A DNA stretch of 64,000 bases from Paragordius varius. Taxonomy: Eukaryota > Animalia > Nematomorpha. Both the position numbers and the translations under genes were made by a program. The DNA is taken from positions 5,332,001-5,396,000 of the forward strand of contig OZ176051.1 of the NCBI GenBank assembly GCA_964247055.1. Reading direction: 5' to 3'. Below the pieces are notes generated by a model, which was given only the letters and a program-made list of their open reading frames with translations, was not told where the DNA came from and made no database searches. Of this stretch, positions 35,727 through 48,200 are shown piece after piece; within the stretch, counting starts at the first letter, position 1; every line of letters starts with the position of its first letter.

Positions 35727-36534
35727 TAAATTTTTTTTTTACTACCAGAAATCTCAGATATAAATTAATAAAATCATAAGTCTGAAATACGAACAATTTC
35801 AAAATATAAAATTTTAAGCATTATGTGTCTGAATTAAAAATTGCCCTTTTATTCTAAAATTTAATTTTAATTTTAGGATTGCTTAGCATGTGGTCATAAA
35901 GAATTATATTTAACATTCAAGCCAACAGATAAAATAAACGACATAATACAACACCTAAAAGAAGATCAAACCTTGTATAAATTAACATTAATATACTTTT
36001 CTTTAGCATTAAAATTCTTAAATATTGTTTCTTTTTGATAGCCAATTAAAATCTCCATCTCTATATACGCACATTGATGGAAAACCTAAAACATTGTATG
36101 TATCAGATGTCAAAGATTTGGAATGTAAAACACGCTCTAATCTGCAAAGTTCTTTACAAGGTAATAAAACACATACTTTTTTAACAATTTTTTGATTTTT
36201 TAAATAATTTTGCATTTTTTTATTTTCTATATACAGTAAAACATTCCTTAATTAAAAAATATTATTCGTTTTAATATATATTATTATTATTATTAATACA
36301 AGTTTTTACATATTTAGTAGCTTGTTAAAATTTTTAAATTAATTTAAATAAATTTTTTATTAAATATGGATGGATAAAATAGATTTAAAAATTGAAGATA
36401 ATGCAGTATTAGAAGTGATGGATGTAACATCCCCAAGACCACTTTTATTTCGATTAAAATTCTGTCATGAACTCAAAAATGGAGATCATTTATTTTCAAA
36501 CACAAATTAAATAATTTGATATGTTTTATTATTA

Positions 36535-36930
36535 TACCATTTACAGTTCAAATTCACCCTTAAACAATTCAAATTCACCCGCGAACAATTCAAATTCACC
36601 CTTGAACAATTCAAATTCACCCTCGAACAATTCAAATTCACCCTAAAAATAAATTATGTGTTTTCGAACTAATATAACTCATTATTAATATAAAATATAT
36701 CTTTATGGCATAATTAATTATTTTTTTCAGTATTATTTTAATTTAAAACAAAATTTTATTTTTTAAAAATATATTAAAATATAGGTAATTTTTAATCTTA
36801 AAAAACATGTTATTTATTTGAGGGTGAATTTGAATTGTTCGAGGGTGAATTTGAATTGTTCAAGGGTGAATTTGAATTGTTCAAGGGTGAATTAGAATTG
36901 TTTAAGGGTGAATTTGAACTGTAAATGGTA
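36535..36930. mobile_element. TA-flanked MITE with 21-bp subterminal tandem repeats
   Basis: TIR taccatttacagttcaaattcaccc. Five ~21-bp units (caattcaaattcaccc....aa) at each end in inverted orientation. Comparison with the empty site at ~15125 gives a TA duplication. Confidence 0.9.
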
Positions 36931-37376
36931 TATTATCATACAATTTATTTGCAACATTTGTAAATAAATATTTATGTATAAATAAATAATTGATAATAAT
37001 CTTATATTTTATTTAATAAATAAATATTGACTATTTGTGGGTTTTATTTGTAATTATATAAATGTAAATATGTGAATGTGATGAGCGTGGGTGACATAAC
37101 GTCATAATTGCATATTTATTAAAATAAATTAAAAATAAATTTACACAGGTTTTACAAATAAGATTTTTGTAAAACAACTCTATAAATGTAAATTATGTTG
37201 ATATATTATTGTTTGACTATAAATTATATTTATTGTTGATATAACTTTTAACTGATTTTTTGAGCATTCATGCATTTCAATTTGGCATTGGGTATTCATC
37301 TGTACACATGTCGCTCCTATCATTTTCTGATATAATATCGCCTATTTAACGACAGATTAAAACAGAATATGTTAAG

Positions 37377-37703
37377 TAATACGTTTAGAATAGAGACGAC
37401 ATATGAATTAATAACTCAAATTAAGTACATTTATTAACTGATAGCTCAGTGTTGGTATAGGTGTATTTATATATTTTAGCAAGGATAAATTACAATAATA
37501 AATTAGAATACTATTTGTATCAAATACAATGTCATATAAAATATCCATATATATAATAGTCATTAGATTACTTATTAAATACAATGTCGTATAATTTAAG
37601 GTTATCAAGTTGGCAACTATAATTAGAATACTTGTACATACAATGTCATATAAATTATATAATAAAAAATAATAATATAACTTAAGGTTATAACCAATTA
37701 ACA
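37377..37703 (-). repeat. 3' LTR (327 bp)
   Basis: Identical by eye to the 5' LTR except one fewer TA unit in a microsatellite. Confidence 0.95.
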
Positions 37704-40700
37704 TTATCTTCCCCCTATAGTAAAGCGGTCTGGGGGTTTTCGCTGGCGTTGTGGGTACCTGGGTTTAGGCATGTCTATATTCGTTGTTGGAGCTACGTTA
37801 TTATCCTGTGTGGTTATGCCTATTGGCGATGGTTGTATATTATTGTTTATGGCTTCGAGATCTGGTGGAGTAGAGGTATATTCTTCGGAATTAATTGGTG
37901 TTTCGGGCGCTGGCGTGGTTGTTCTCGGACATTCCATTCTTTGTTTTAATTGATCAGCGTGTTTTCTAAGAACTCTGTCTGTTTCGTCTGTTACCATATA
38001 GGATAATGGACCCCGGCGTTCTAATATTTCCCCTGCCCTCCATCCTTTTTCTATTTCATTTTTTATAAAAACCTTCTCTCTTGGAACGAACTGGCGAGTC
38101 GGTTCTATTTCATTATCGATAAACTCAGTTGTTTGTGTTTTGAGCCATGACATCGGACCATTTGGGTGTCTCTTCAGAAAGACTTGTGATGGTGTATTCA
38201 TAATGGCACTGTGTGTTGAGTTTCGATAGCCATATAAAATCGTGTTGATTGCCTCGTGGGCATGCATTGTTTGCGTTTTCGTAGCTCTATATCTGAATTT
38301 GAGGGTTGCAATACATCTTTCAACCAATCCATTGGACTTGGGATGGTATGGACTCACTAAAATATGTTTTATATTAAGATTATGTAAGGTACTTCTAAAT
38401 TCATGGGATGTAAAGTATGGCCCATTATCAGTGACTATCTGTCTCGGAAAACCAAATCTGGCCATGTGTTTTTCTAAACAATTCAATAATTGTTGTGAGG
38501 TTATCGATTTGAGTAGATCCACCTCAACCCATCTTGAAGCGCTATCAATGGTAACTAACCAAAAATAACCATCTATGGGGCCGGCTATGTCGATGTGAAT
38601 TCTCTCCCACAACGCGGTGTTGAAATTCCATTTCCACGTTGGATTTTCCTTTATATTAGGCTTGTTTCTTTGACACGGTTCACATGTTTCTACAAAATTT
38701 TCTAAATCTTTTTCTAAGTTTGGCCAATATATGGATTGTCTTGCTTGTTGTTTCATCGATTGCGCTCCGTTATGTCCAGTATGTAGGAATTTCATTACGT
38801 CCCGCTGCAAAGATGTGGGTATTAGTAATCTGTCATTTACAAATAAAAGATTATAATATATTTGAATCTCATTTTTTACTTTCAGAAATTCCTTTATACT
38901 TGGATCACTCCAATCATTTGTTCTTATTGCTGATTTAAGTTTGTTTGCCAATGGATCTAACCTTATCTCCTCCTCCACTAATTCTTTACTTAGATTAAAT
39001 TTATTCATAGTTAAAAATTTTACCGTGTGTGATACCTCATCATCTTCATTTTGCACCTCCATGGTATTATCATTATTTGGTAATCTGGATAGAGCGTCGG
39101 CTAAGTTGTTTTGCCCTTTTTTATATTCGATTTCATAGTCGTATCCCGATGTTTTATAGATCCATCTAAGAAGTTTAGCATTATTAATATTTTGTAAATT
39201 TCGAGTTCGACCAAATAACCCGATTAGTGGTTTGTGGTCGGTTATAATTTTGAATTTTCTACCATATATAAATGGTTTAAATTTTTCTATAGCATACGTG
39301 ATAGCTTTTGCTTCTTTCTCTATTGTTGAATAATTGGTTTCGGCATCGGTACATTTGCGTGAAGCGTATGATATGGGACGCTTTCCTTCCGGGGTAATAT
39401 GTAGTAAGATCGCTCCAAATCCCTTGTTTGATGCGTCTGTTTCTATTAGTATTGGCCAATTTGGGTTATACGGTATTAATGTATTGTAATTTATCATTAG
39501 TTGTTTTGCGGATTGGAACTCCTCTTCTTCTATCTCGGTCCAGGCCCATGGTCTAATTGAACCTGTGTTTCTGTGGAGGTTGCATATCGCTTGATGGAGA
39601 TTTGGTATGAATCGTTCATGAAAGTTTAGCAGTCCTAAAAATGATCTTAGTTCTGTCTTATTGGTGGGTCTCGGACAATTGATCAAAGCTTGAATTTTGT
39701 CATTGGTGGGACGAATTCCATTCTTTGAAATTTCATATCCCATGTAATTGACAGATGAAACGGCAAGTTGCAATTTGTCTCGGCTCAGTTTCAACCCTGC
39801 AGCTTCCAATCGTTGCAATACCCTGGTCAATGTGGTGTCATGTTCGGTTCTTGTTTTACCTGATATTAATATGTCATCTAAATAGATACATATACCTGGT
39901 ATATCACCAATCAAATTATCCATGATTCGTTGAAATATATGAGGGGCCGTAGTCAACCCAAATGGAAGTCGTTGGTAACAATAAAAACCTTGATGGGTAG
40001 TTATGGTCAGTAGTGGTTGTGATGATTGTTTTATGGGAATTTGCAGGTAAGCATCCTTCAGGTCTAGTGACGTAAAAACTGTCCCTTGAGCTGTTCTTGA
40101 GATTAGTTCATCAAAGGTGGGGATTACATGAGAATCGGGTAGCAAATGAGGATTGAGGCTGATTCGAAAATCCGCACATATCCTTATTTGGCCATTTGGT
40201 TTTAATATATTTACTGTTGGTGTGGCCCACGATATTCGCTCCCTATTTGGGTCAATTTTTCTCAAGATACCTAGGTTTATCAATCTATCTAGTTCCTTTT
40301 CCACACGTTCTTGGAGGGGTAGGGGAACTCTCCTGCAAGGGTATATTTTGGGTGTTGCATTATTTTTTATCGCAATCGATACCTCCATATCCTTAAGACA
40401 GCCTAACCCGTCCGAGAACAACCTATTATACTGGTTATATATAGATTTATTAGTTATATTATTGATCATCACATTATCTGGTAAATTTAAAGCAAATGCA
40501 CGGATCCAAGGGAGACCAAAAATTAATGGCCGATCTCCCTCGGTTACAAAACATTCAAGGGTTTTTGTCATACCGTTCATTGTTACGCGCAATTCTGTTT
40601 TACCCATGGTTGGGATAGTTTCATTATTGTATGTGGATAGTCTTTGTCCTACCTCCAGTCGTGGTTGTCCTGTTGATTTCCAGCATCTCTCATTGATAAC

Positions 40701-41507
40701 TGTCACATCCGCACCGGTGTCAAACAACATTGATGTTTCTATTCCGTTAAGTTGCACTGTTATCGTTGGGCCCATCCCCGTTGAATTTGTCACTGCCCGA
40801 ATACCTGGTTTGGTGGGATATTTGGTTCGGCAATACTTTGCAAAATGGGTGTATTTTCCGCACTTATAGCATCGTTGACCCTTTGCACTGCATTTATCGA
40901 TTGCATGACATTTCCCACATCTTTGGCAGTCTCTTTGGTGTATGGTTCTTTCTTGGCGGATTTTTAGCACCTTCGGTTCAATCACTTCGAGGGAATGCGC
41001 CATATCAATTACCATTTGTAGTGACACTGGTTCGCCTTCATTTTGGCCCGTGGGGAATCTTATATGTAATTCCCGTTCTAGGATTGGCATATTTAGTCCT
41101 ATCAAGAAAACATCTCTTAATAAGTATGAGATATTGCCTTCAAAATCACAATCGTCAGCTAGTACTTTTAATCTTTCCATATAACTCATGATTGGTTCGC
41201 CTTCTTGTCTGGTTGTTTTAAAGAATTCTTTACGACTCAGCCATATGCTTTTGTCCGGGGCAAAGATTTGCATTGCCAATTTTTGAATTTGAGCCCATGT
41301 CATCTCCTCTATTTTCGTAGGAAACGCTTGGTTTTCCAGTTTAGAGATTGTGCGTAGTCCTGCATAGGCCAGGAATAAGTTTTTTAATATTTCATCATTT
41401 GGATTAATGTTTTTAGCGATTAAGATACGATTCACGTGCTTTAAGTATTGTTTAAAATTAGTGTTTGGATCGTATTCGTTAATACTGATTTTGGAAATTT
41501 CGTCCAT
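37704..41507 (-). CDS. Gag-Pol polyprotein (zinc knuckle, protease, RT, RNase H, integrase), single ORF, 1267 aa from ATG
   Basis: CYKCGKYTHFAKYC; LFDTGADVT; SLDLKDAYLQIP, LPFGL, YLDDIL; ETDASNKGFG, TDHKPL; H..HNG...CEPC, HIDIAGP, TDNGPYF, SNGLVER. Confidence 0.97.
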   Translation of the reverse strand: MDEISKISINEYDPNTNFKQYLKHVNRILIAKNINPNDEILKNLFLAYAGLRTISKLENQAFPTKIEEMTWAQIQKLAMQIFAPDKSIWLSRKEFFKTTRQEGEPIMSYMERLKVLADDCDFEGNISYLLRDVFLIGLNMPILERELHIRFPTGQNEGEPVSLQMVIDMAHSLEVIEPKVLKIRQERTIHQRDCQRCGKCHAIDKCSAKGQRCYKCGKYTHFAKYCRTKYPTKPGIRAVTNSTGMGPTITVQLNGIETSMLFDTGADVTVINERCWKSTGQPRLEVGQRLSTYNNETIPTMGKTELRVTMNGMTKTLECFVTEGDRPLIFGLPWIRAFALNLPDNVMINNITNKSIYNQYNRLFSDGLGCLKDMEVSIAIKNNATPKIYPCRRVPLPLQERVEKELDRLINLGILRKIDPNRERISWATPTVNILKPNGQIRICADFRISLNPHLLPDSHVIPTFDELISRTAQGTVFTSLDLKDAYLQIPIKQSSQPLLTITTHQGFYCYQRLPFGLTTAPHIFQRIMDNLIGDIPGICIYLDDILISGKTRTEHDTTLTRVLQRLEAAGLKLSRDKLQLAVSSVNYMGYEISKNGIRPTNDKIQALINCPRPTNKTELRSFLGLLNFHERFIPNLHQAICNLHRNTGSIRPWAWTEIEEEEFQSAKQLMINYNTLIPYNPNWPILIETDASNKGFGAILLHITPEGKRPISYASRKCTDAETNYSTIEKEAKAITYAIEKFKPFIYGRKFKIITDHKPLIGLFGRTRNLQNINNAKLLRWIYKTSGYDYEIEYKKGQNNLADALSRLPNNDNTMEVQNEDDEVSHTVKFLTMNKFNLSKELVEEEIRLDPLANKLKSAIRTNDWSDPSIKEFLKVKNEIQIYYNLLFVNDRLLIPTSLQRDVMKFLHTGHNGAQSMKQQARQSIYWPNLEKDLENFVETCEPCQRNKPNIKENPTWKWNFNTALWERIHIDIAGPIDGYFWLVTIDSASRWVEVDLLKSITSQQLLNCLEKHMARFGFPRQIVTDNGPYFTSHEFRSTLHNLNIKHILVSPYHPKSNGLVERCIATLKFRYRATKTQTMHAHEAINTILYGYRNSTHSAIMNTPSQVFLKRHPNGPMSWLKTQTTEFIDNEIEPTRQFVPREKVFIKNEIEKGWRAGEILERRGPLSYMVTDETDRVLRKHADQLKQRMECPRTTTPAPETPINSEEYTSTPPDLEAINNNIQPSPIGITTQDNNVAPTTNIDMPKPRYPQRQRKPPDRFTIGGR

Positions 41508-41519
41508 TAACGGCACCAA

Positions 41520-41848
41520 TAATACGTTTAGAATAGAGACGACATATGAATTAATAACTCAAATTAAGTACATTTATTAACTGATAGCTCAGTGTTGGTA
41601 TAGGTGTATTTATATATTTTAGCAAGGATAAATTACAATAATAAATTAGAATACTATTTGTATCAAATACAATGTCATATAAAATATCCATATATATATA
41701 ATAGTCATTAGATTACTTATTAAATACAATGTCGTATAATTTAAGGTTATCAAGTTGGCAACTATAATTAGAATACTTGTACATACAATGTCATATAAAT
41801 TATATAATAAAAAATAATAATATAACTTAAGGTTATAACCAATTAACA
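41520..41848 (-). repeat. 5' LTR (329 bp)
   Basis: Begins TGTTAA and ends GTATTA in element orientation; followed by T and the PBS. Confidence 0.95.
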
Positions 41849-42238
41849 TTAAGCTTTAAAAAATTTAAATAAAAAAACACATATTTTATATCCATAATTA
41901 ATATGTAATAAAAGAGCGATAATTATATATAAATATTTAGTTATAGGACCTATATATATCATTTACACCCTTGAACCCCAAAATAAATTGTTTTTGATAT
42001 TAAAAATTCCCTATATTTATTTATTCAAAAATGAAATTTTGCAAATGTATAATACACAAAAAATAATAAACTATGTCATAAAATAATATTTTATATAAAT
42101 GATGACATTGGCCCAAAAAAGCATAATTTAGTATTATGATAAATTTAAAATGTTTAGGGTTCGATGGTATATATGAAATGTTCAAGGAAAATTTGAAGTG
42201 TTCTAGGGTGAATTAGAGTGTAAATGTTAAATATCAAA

Positions 42239-45200
42239 TTAGTATACAGCCATATTAGTTATATGGGCCTTTATTCTCAAAATTAAAACTAAAGGACAAT
42301 TTAAACAAGAAGAAACAAAAAAATTATTGGCACATTTCCCTATTAACAAATTAAAATTACTGTATATTATACTTGTTTCGAAAGACGCATCCTGGGGAAT
42401 CGTTAAGGATTTTGCGCGTGTTAAAGAACGATGGTTGAAGACATGACTTGTAGTTGTGCCATTAATATCACACGTATAAAATTGGTTTTGTGATTTAGCC
42501 GATTTATTTACACTATTTTTAACATTTCGATTTTTATAGGGTAAGTCTTGAAAGACTTCTTCCTGGTTTAAGAGGGTATGGTGTTCGTTTTTGGCTTTGG
42601 TTGTAATGATATGAGCATTCATAAGATCTGTGTTATGCTTTAATTGAGTCGTGAGTTGTAAATGTTTATCCTCCAAATCAGAAACTTTGTCCCCAATCTG
42701 TTCAAATAAATGGAGTGTTTTTATAACCCGATTTTCTAGACTGGCCTGGGTGAGTGCCTCTTTCTCACATAATAAATCATCCAAACAACTTTTTTCAAAA
42801 TCGTGTAATCGTTTTACTTCGTCTTCGGATAAGTATAGCTCTAAAGTTGGCAATTAAAAATATTAGCATTAGATTTTTTGAAATGTTTAGAGCATTATAT
42901 TCCCAATATATGAAACGGTGTGAATTAACAATAGGGTCACATGTCTATGAAAGCGTTTCAATATCAAGTAGGCATTAAGATGTAAACTATTGTAATTTAT
43001 AGTTGATAATAAAAAAAGATGCAATATTAATTTCAATTAATTATTATATAATTTCTACACTCAAAAAATAATGGATATCCTTTTAAATTAACAAATCTCT
43101 CTATAAAAGAAAAAATTCTTACTTAATCCATAATCAAAAGTTGCATCTGACGAGGACCACCAAGACGTTTTACGTAAATGAAGCATTCCATCTTTTTCCC
43201 CGCCATTATATTTTTTGTCACCGTATTCAGGCTTTGATGGTTGTGAATTATCATCTGTTTTATGATCGTTATTATTGGATTTATCCATCGAATAATTTGG
43301 ATTAATAAGATTGCCTCCATTAACAGACAAATAATTCTTCGTTTTTATCTCCTCAGTCTCATTAAATTTTGTGGTGTCAGAAGGTGGTGGTGAATGAGCC
43401 AATAACTTTGCCGCTTGTGCTAATTTATGTCGGAAAATGATGTATTTGTAAGCCCGATAAATGTGACAAATTGCTATGAAGGGTGGTGGTAATAACGGTT
43501 TCATTTCATACTCTATGGTTAAATTAAAACGACCAAATTTCCAGATTTGATGGGAAATTGCGCTAACTTGAATGAATGTGTGGCTAAATATAATAATAAT
43601 AATAATCAAACAAAAATATATATGGTCAAACCTTTTTAATAACCTACTAAACACCGGACTAAAATTTGACAAAAAAATTATTACATTAAAAATTGCAATT
43701 ATACGGACAAAACGTAAAAATATAAAGACAAATATTTTTTTCTAAGGATAACCATGCCTTTTAAATCTTGAGTTATCATAATATATCTGATTGTTTTAAA
43801 CTGCAAATTATATAATGGATTGTGTTCCCAAGAAACATCTCTATATCATACTTTATAGTTTAAATAAATTTCAAAAAGTATGTTGTCTTTGTATTTTTAC
43901 GTTTTGTCCGTATAATTTCAGTTTTTACAGTATTTAAAAGAAATATAATTATCATTGGTTAGTATAATATTTTTGTGGAAAAAATCCGCATATAAATGTT
44001 TCTGCTACTAAATATGTAAAATTGGTTATATGATAAGTTAGCGTTTTAAGGATAAACATTAAATTCCATACAAAATTGATCTATTATTATCATATGCCGT
44101 TCAAAGATTGACTGTGTTTTTATTCTTAAAAACAAAATTTCCACAACATTGACCAATGCCAATAATAGCAAAAAAAAGTATTACTTAAATACGGCTATGA
44201 GAAGATTGACAAGAAGAATATTTGTGACTAACAAGTAAAGAGCCATCAAAGCTGGAGTAATCCAATCACCGGCAATACATGGTGGGGTATTATGTGTTCC
44301 ACAATCAGCTATTGAAAAACAATAAAATACATGAATTGTATATGAAATTTTATTACGATATAATAGCAAAAAAGTTTAAAGTGGGAAAAAATGTTTATTT
44401 AATTACGACTAATGGGTAATTTAACACTATACACTTGCTGTGTGAAAATAATTGTTTGCTAAAATAGCTATATATTAATCCGATTAAACTTATGATATCT
44501 AGTTTTATATCAACCATCTTCATTATATATTTAGATGAAATTACAATGCTATTGTAAAGACGACAACTTTTTTTCGAAAATTTAAACCTCAAAAAAGCCG
44601 TAATGAACCAAAGTAATAAACATTCAAAAGTTTGAACATAAGAATATTTTGTATTATAAATCAAATAAATATAAATAAATTTATACGATTGATATCAGGG
44701 GCAAACACTTCACCATACATCATCCAATACGGTTGATAAAAAATGTCAACAAATATACGGAATTTGGGGACAGCCAATGGATTTCGTATGGCATATCTTG
44801 CGATGCCAAACGAAGCCATAATAACAACCATTATAAGTACAAATATGGCCATATCCATCATCTATATTTTGTTGATAAAAAAATAAGGCGCTAATATGAA
44901 TGATCAGTTTTCTTAAACCACTACCAAAAAGTAAAAGTGTGTCGATTTTGATTAAAATCTGGCTGAGCCTCAACTATTTTTATACATTCCATCTTTTAAA
45001 ATATGGCATTAATGTGTTTTATCCCATATGGTATAATTCTAATCATATAGGTAGGATTCATAGTGAATTAAGCATAATAAAATATGGGTGACTTTATAAT
45101 AAATGATACTTTTTACCGTCTTTAAAACAAATTCTTCAAATTTTTTTACAGTTTCTCCAAAAATATTAATTGCCATTTTAATAAGGTTATAAATAAAAAA

Positions 45201-48200
45201 TTTTTTTAAAAAAAAACTAAAATCTTTAACCATTTTTCCAATCATAACGACATATGGGCCGAGGTATTTGTTACATGATATAATATCCAGGATGCGTATA
45301 TACCAAAAAATAGCGGAAAGCGCTAAGAAAAACCGTCCCCAAATCAAACAAAACTTGACACGATGCACGAAATCAAGGGTTAAGGGGAAAATCTTGTGTT
45401 TACGATAAGCATTCCATGTCCGTATATACAATTCGTTAAGGCTAAAACAAAAAAAATGTTACAGTATGATTAAAAATAAATGCTCTGGTTTTTTATCAAA
45501 TATGGTCAGATAGCATTTTATATTGGAAAACAGGTAAAAGCGAGATATATTTTTCGATGCATTTAAGGCAATAATATTGCTCTTTACTGTAAATGATAGA
45601 TGGCTATGAGATTAAATTACAAACATTTAATAAATTTTTTTGGCAATATATAAAATAATAAAGTTACTTTATATCTGCGGCCATTTTAAACATAAATCCA
45701 AACATAAAGAGTATGAAAGCGCATAAGCATAGGATATTCCAAAGATTGCTAAACCTGTTATTAAAATTATAAATTAATTTATAAATAATCTGTAAATATA
45801 TATATTTCATGAAAATTATTCGATTAAATTGTGTTGCAAATCCAATTAACACATTAAATATTATAACATAAATGTGAACTAACAATACAACGTTTAAAGC
45901 GCTAAAAACGAACTACGAATCACAAAAAAATCATAAATATTAATTATATTTTTTGATAAATATATATGAAAGGATTTAATAAATTATCTTATTCCTTCAA
46001 ATTGATATTCTATTATAAAATAATAATTAGCTATCCTAAATATCCCAATATATTCCTTAACATTTTTCATGATTTCATCTATAGAGGAAAAAACTAAAAT
46101 TTACCATAATTTAGTTTTTTGAGTAAATCCAACAGCCTCGCTTGCAATGGCTTCTCGTATCTTTTCACAGGCAAAAGTTAACACGTAAAGTAGAACGAAA
46201 ATTTCCATCCATGATGAAAATACTCCAATATGATGTGTAAGGATTTGAGATTCCACCAAAAACGAAGGATAAGATGAATTAAGATACTAAATAAAAATTA
46301 TATGTATTAACTCACTATACAGCAGTAAAAACATATTGAAATCATAACGACAAAATCTAACCAAATAAAAGAAAGATTTTTTTGTGCAAACATATTTTCT
46401 TAAAGATTAAGGATTACAATTGTCATTATTCCTTATTTTGCAAAACAAAAAGATTGGGAAGGGTTTTAAAGAACAATGTTAAAAAATTAGGGTAGCCTTA
46501 TATAAAAAATATTTTATGGTTTTTAGACTTTGTCTTTTCAATTTTTACTAAAAATCAAAAAATATGGGTAATCCTCTTTTAATAAAACAATTTCTTGGCG
46601 CGAGAAAAGGTTTTATTATTTTTTGAAGTTATTTAAAATTTAATGTTGTATGCTATATATCCATAATATTTTTATTCATAAAAAAAATAGAGTTGGGAAA
46701 ACATATTAATTAAAAGGTGGTACACACATACCTTTCCAAACTTACGTTGCTTCTTAAACGATGGTATTATTGGATACTTTGATGAATTAACAGGATAATG
46801 CTTGCGGAAATCCATAAAATATTTCGGATCGGTGGAATTGGTTATGTTTTTTAAAAAACTAAAAAAAATAAAAAAGATTAGAAATTGGAAAATATCTTAA
46901 TTTTGAAATTATGTAAAATGGATTCATGACCAATAAATAAATAATTATGTAAAATTAAAGTAATACGGTATTTAATAATAAAAAAATTATTATATTATTT
47001 ATTACGATTAAGTTAATCGTATTTATATTATTAGGGAAGAGACAATAAATTTAATTACCGTAAGTTTAAAATTATACGGACAAAATATAAAAAAATATAA
47101 AGACAAACATTTTTTTCTAAAAAACAACCATACTTTTTGAAACTTAATTTTTCAAAATATAACTTATTGTTTCAAACTATAAAGTATGAGATAGAGATGT
47201 TTATTGGCAAAACAATCCATTATATAATTTGCACAAATCAATCAGATCTATTATAATAATTCATGATTTAATAAGCAAGATTGTCTTTTAATAAAAAACA
47301 TTTGTCCTTATATTTTTACGTGTTGTCCGTATAATTGCAATTCTTACTGTAAATGAAAGACAACAATTATTTGAAATAATAAAAATAGTGAGACACTTAA
47401 TAAAAGTAATTTTATTAAGTATTTTGCTAATAAATGCCTTTTTGTAATATAAAGTTGTCTTTTGTACAAAAAAACGATATTTAAAGAGATATAATGTCAT
47501 ATTTTGAATTCAAATAAAATTAAAAAATGGTTACTTTTTATCAGTGACTTGCATAAGACTATCCCTAAGTAGCCGGGTTGAATTACCAACCAAAACGACA
47601 TGCGTAAACACTATGATGAAAAAAAAGTATGCAAGGGTGTGACACCAAAATTTAGTTATGGGCGCATTATAAAATTCGTAAAATTTGGTTCGTGCGCTCA
47701 ACTTTTCTGACGGCGAACTGGAAAGCAACAGCGAATGATTAGAGGCTAAACTTTGAGATCTAAGACAACAAAAATTACATCATTGTAAAAGTATACTGAC
47801 ATTTTAAAAAAATCAAAAAATTGCGCCATGTTTTTACACCTTTTTATGTAAATACATTCCTTGATATTAGAACCATCAAAGAAAGTTTTTTAAATGACAC
47901 CAAACCCTTGAAAAAATATCTAAAAATTACATCTAATCAACATAAGTTAAGCAAATTAACAAGTGATAAATTAGTTAAGGATATGTATTATGAGGACAGT
48001 AAACTGTAAAATGGATAACATTTTAAACCAATGAATTATAATCCACATAATTAAATGTCAAATACACAACATGAATAAAGTTAATTCAATATAACATTAA
48101 ATCTACTTACCTATAATAATTGTAATGATTTCCAGCAGGTACGGTAGTCGTATACGCGCCGGCAGTGTGTGGCGTTGTCGATAAAAACCTCATTTTGTTT

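Larger units (their letters stand above)
32922..36510 (+). pseudogene. UBA3: 5'-truncated UBA3 copy (exons 7-14, reading frame and splice sites intact)
   Basis: All eight 3' exons are present without stops or frameshifts, starting at [18 protein letters not shown]. Exons 1-6 (ATP-binding region) are absent upstream. Confidence 0.88.
37377..41848 (-). mobile_element. Complete Ty3/Gypsy LTR retrotransposon (Mag-like), 4472 bp
   Basis: Two LTRs, 5-bp TSD ttaag (37372-37376 / 41849-41853), PBS TGGTGCCGT, PPT agggggaaga, intact gag-pol. Empty site at 15587-15591. Confidence 0.97.
32276..46262 (+). repeat. Segmental duplication, copy B (with MITE, Gypsy and 3 kb of TRPM absent from copy A)
   Basis: See copy A. 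42070-45075 has no counterpart in copy A. Confidence 0.93.

Noticed and set aside
37408-37704. ORFs inside the LTRs (also 41646-41849)
   Set aside because: AT-rich low-complexity translations, and the frame differs between the two LTRs through a 2-bp indel.
37749-41191. Plus-strand ORFs up to 238 aa overlapping the Gypsy polyprotein
   Set aside because: Antisense shadows of a long coding frame, with no motifs.
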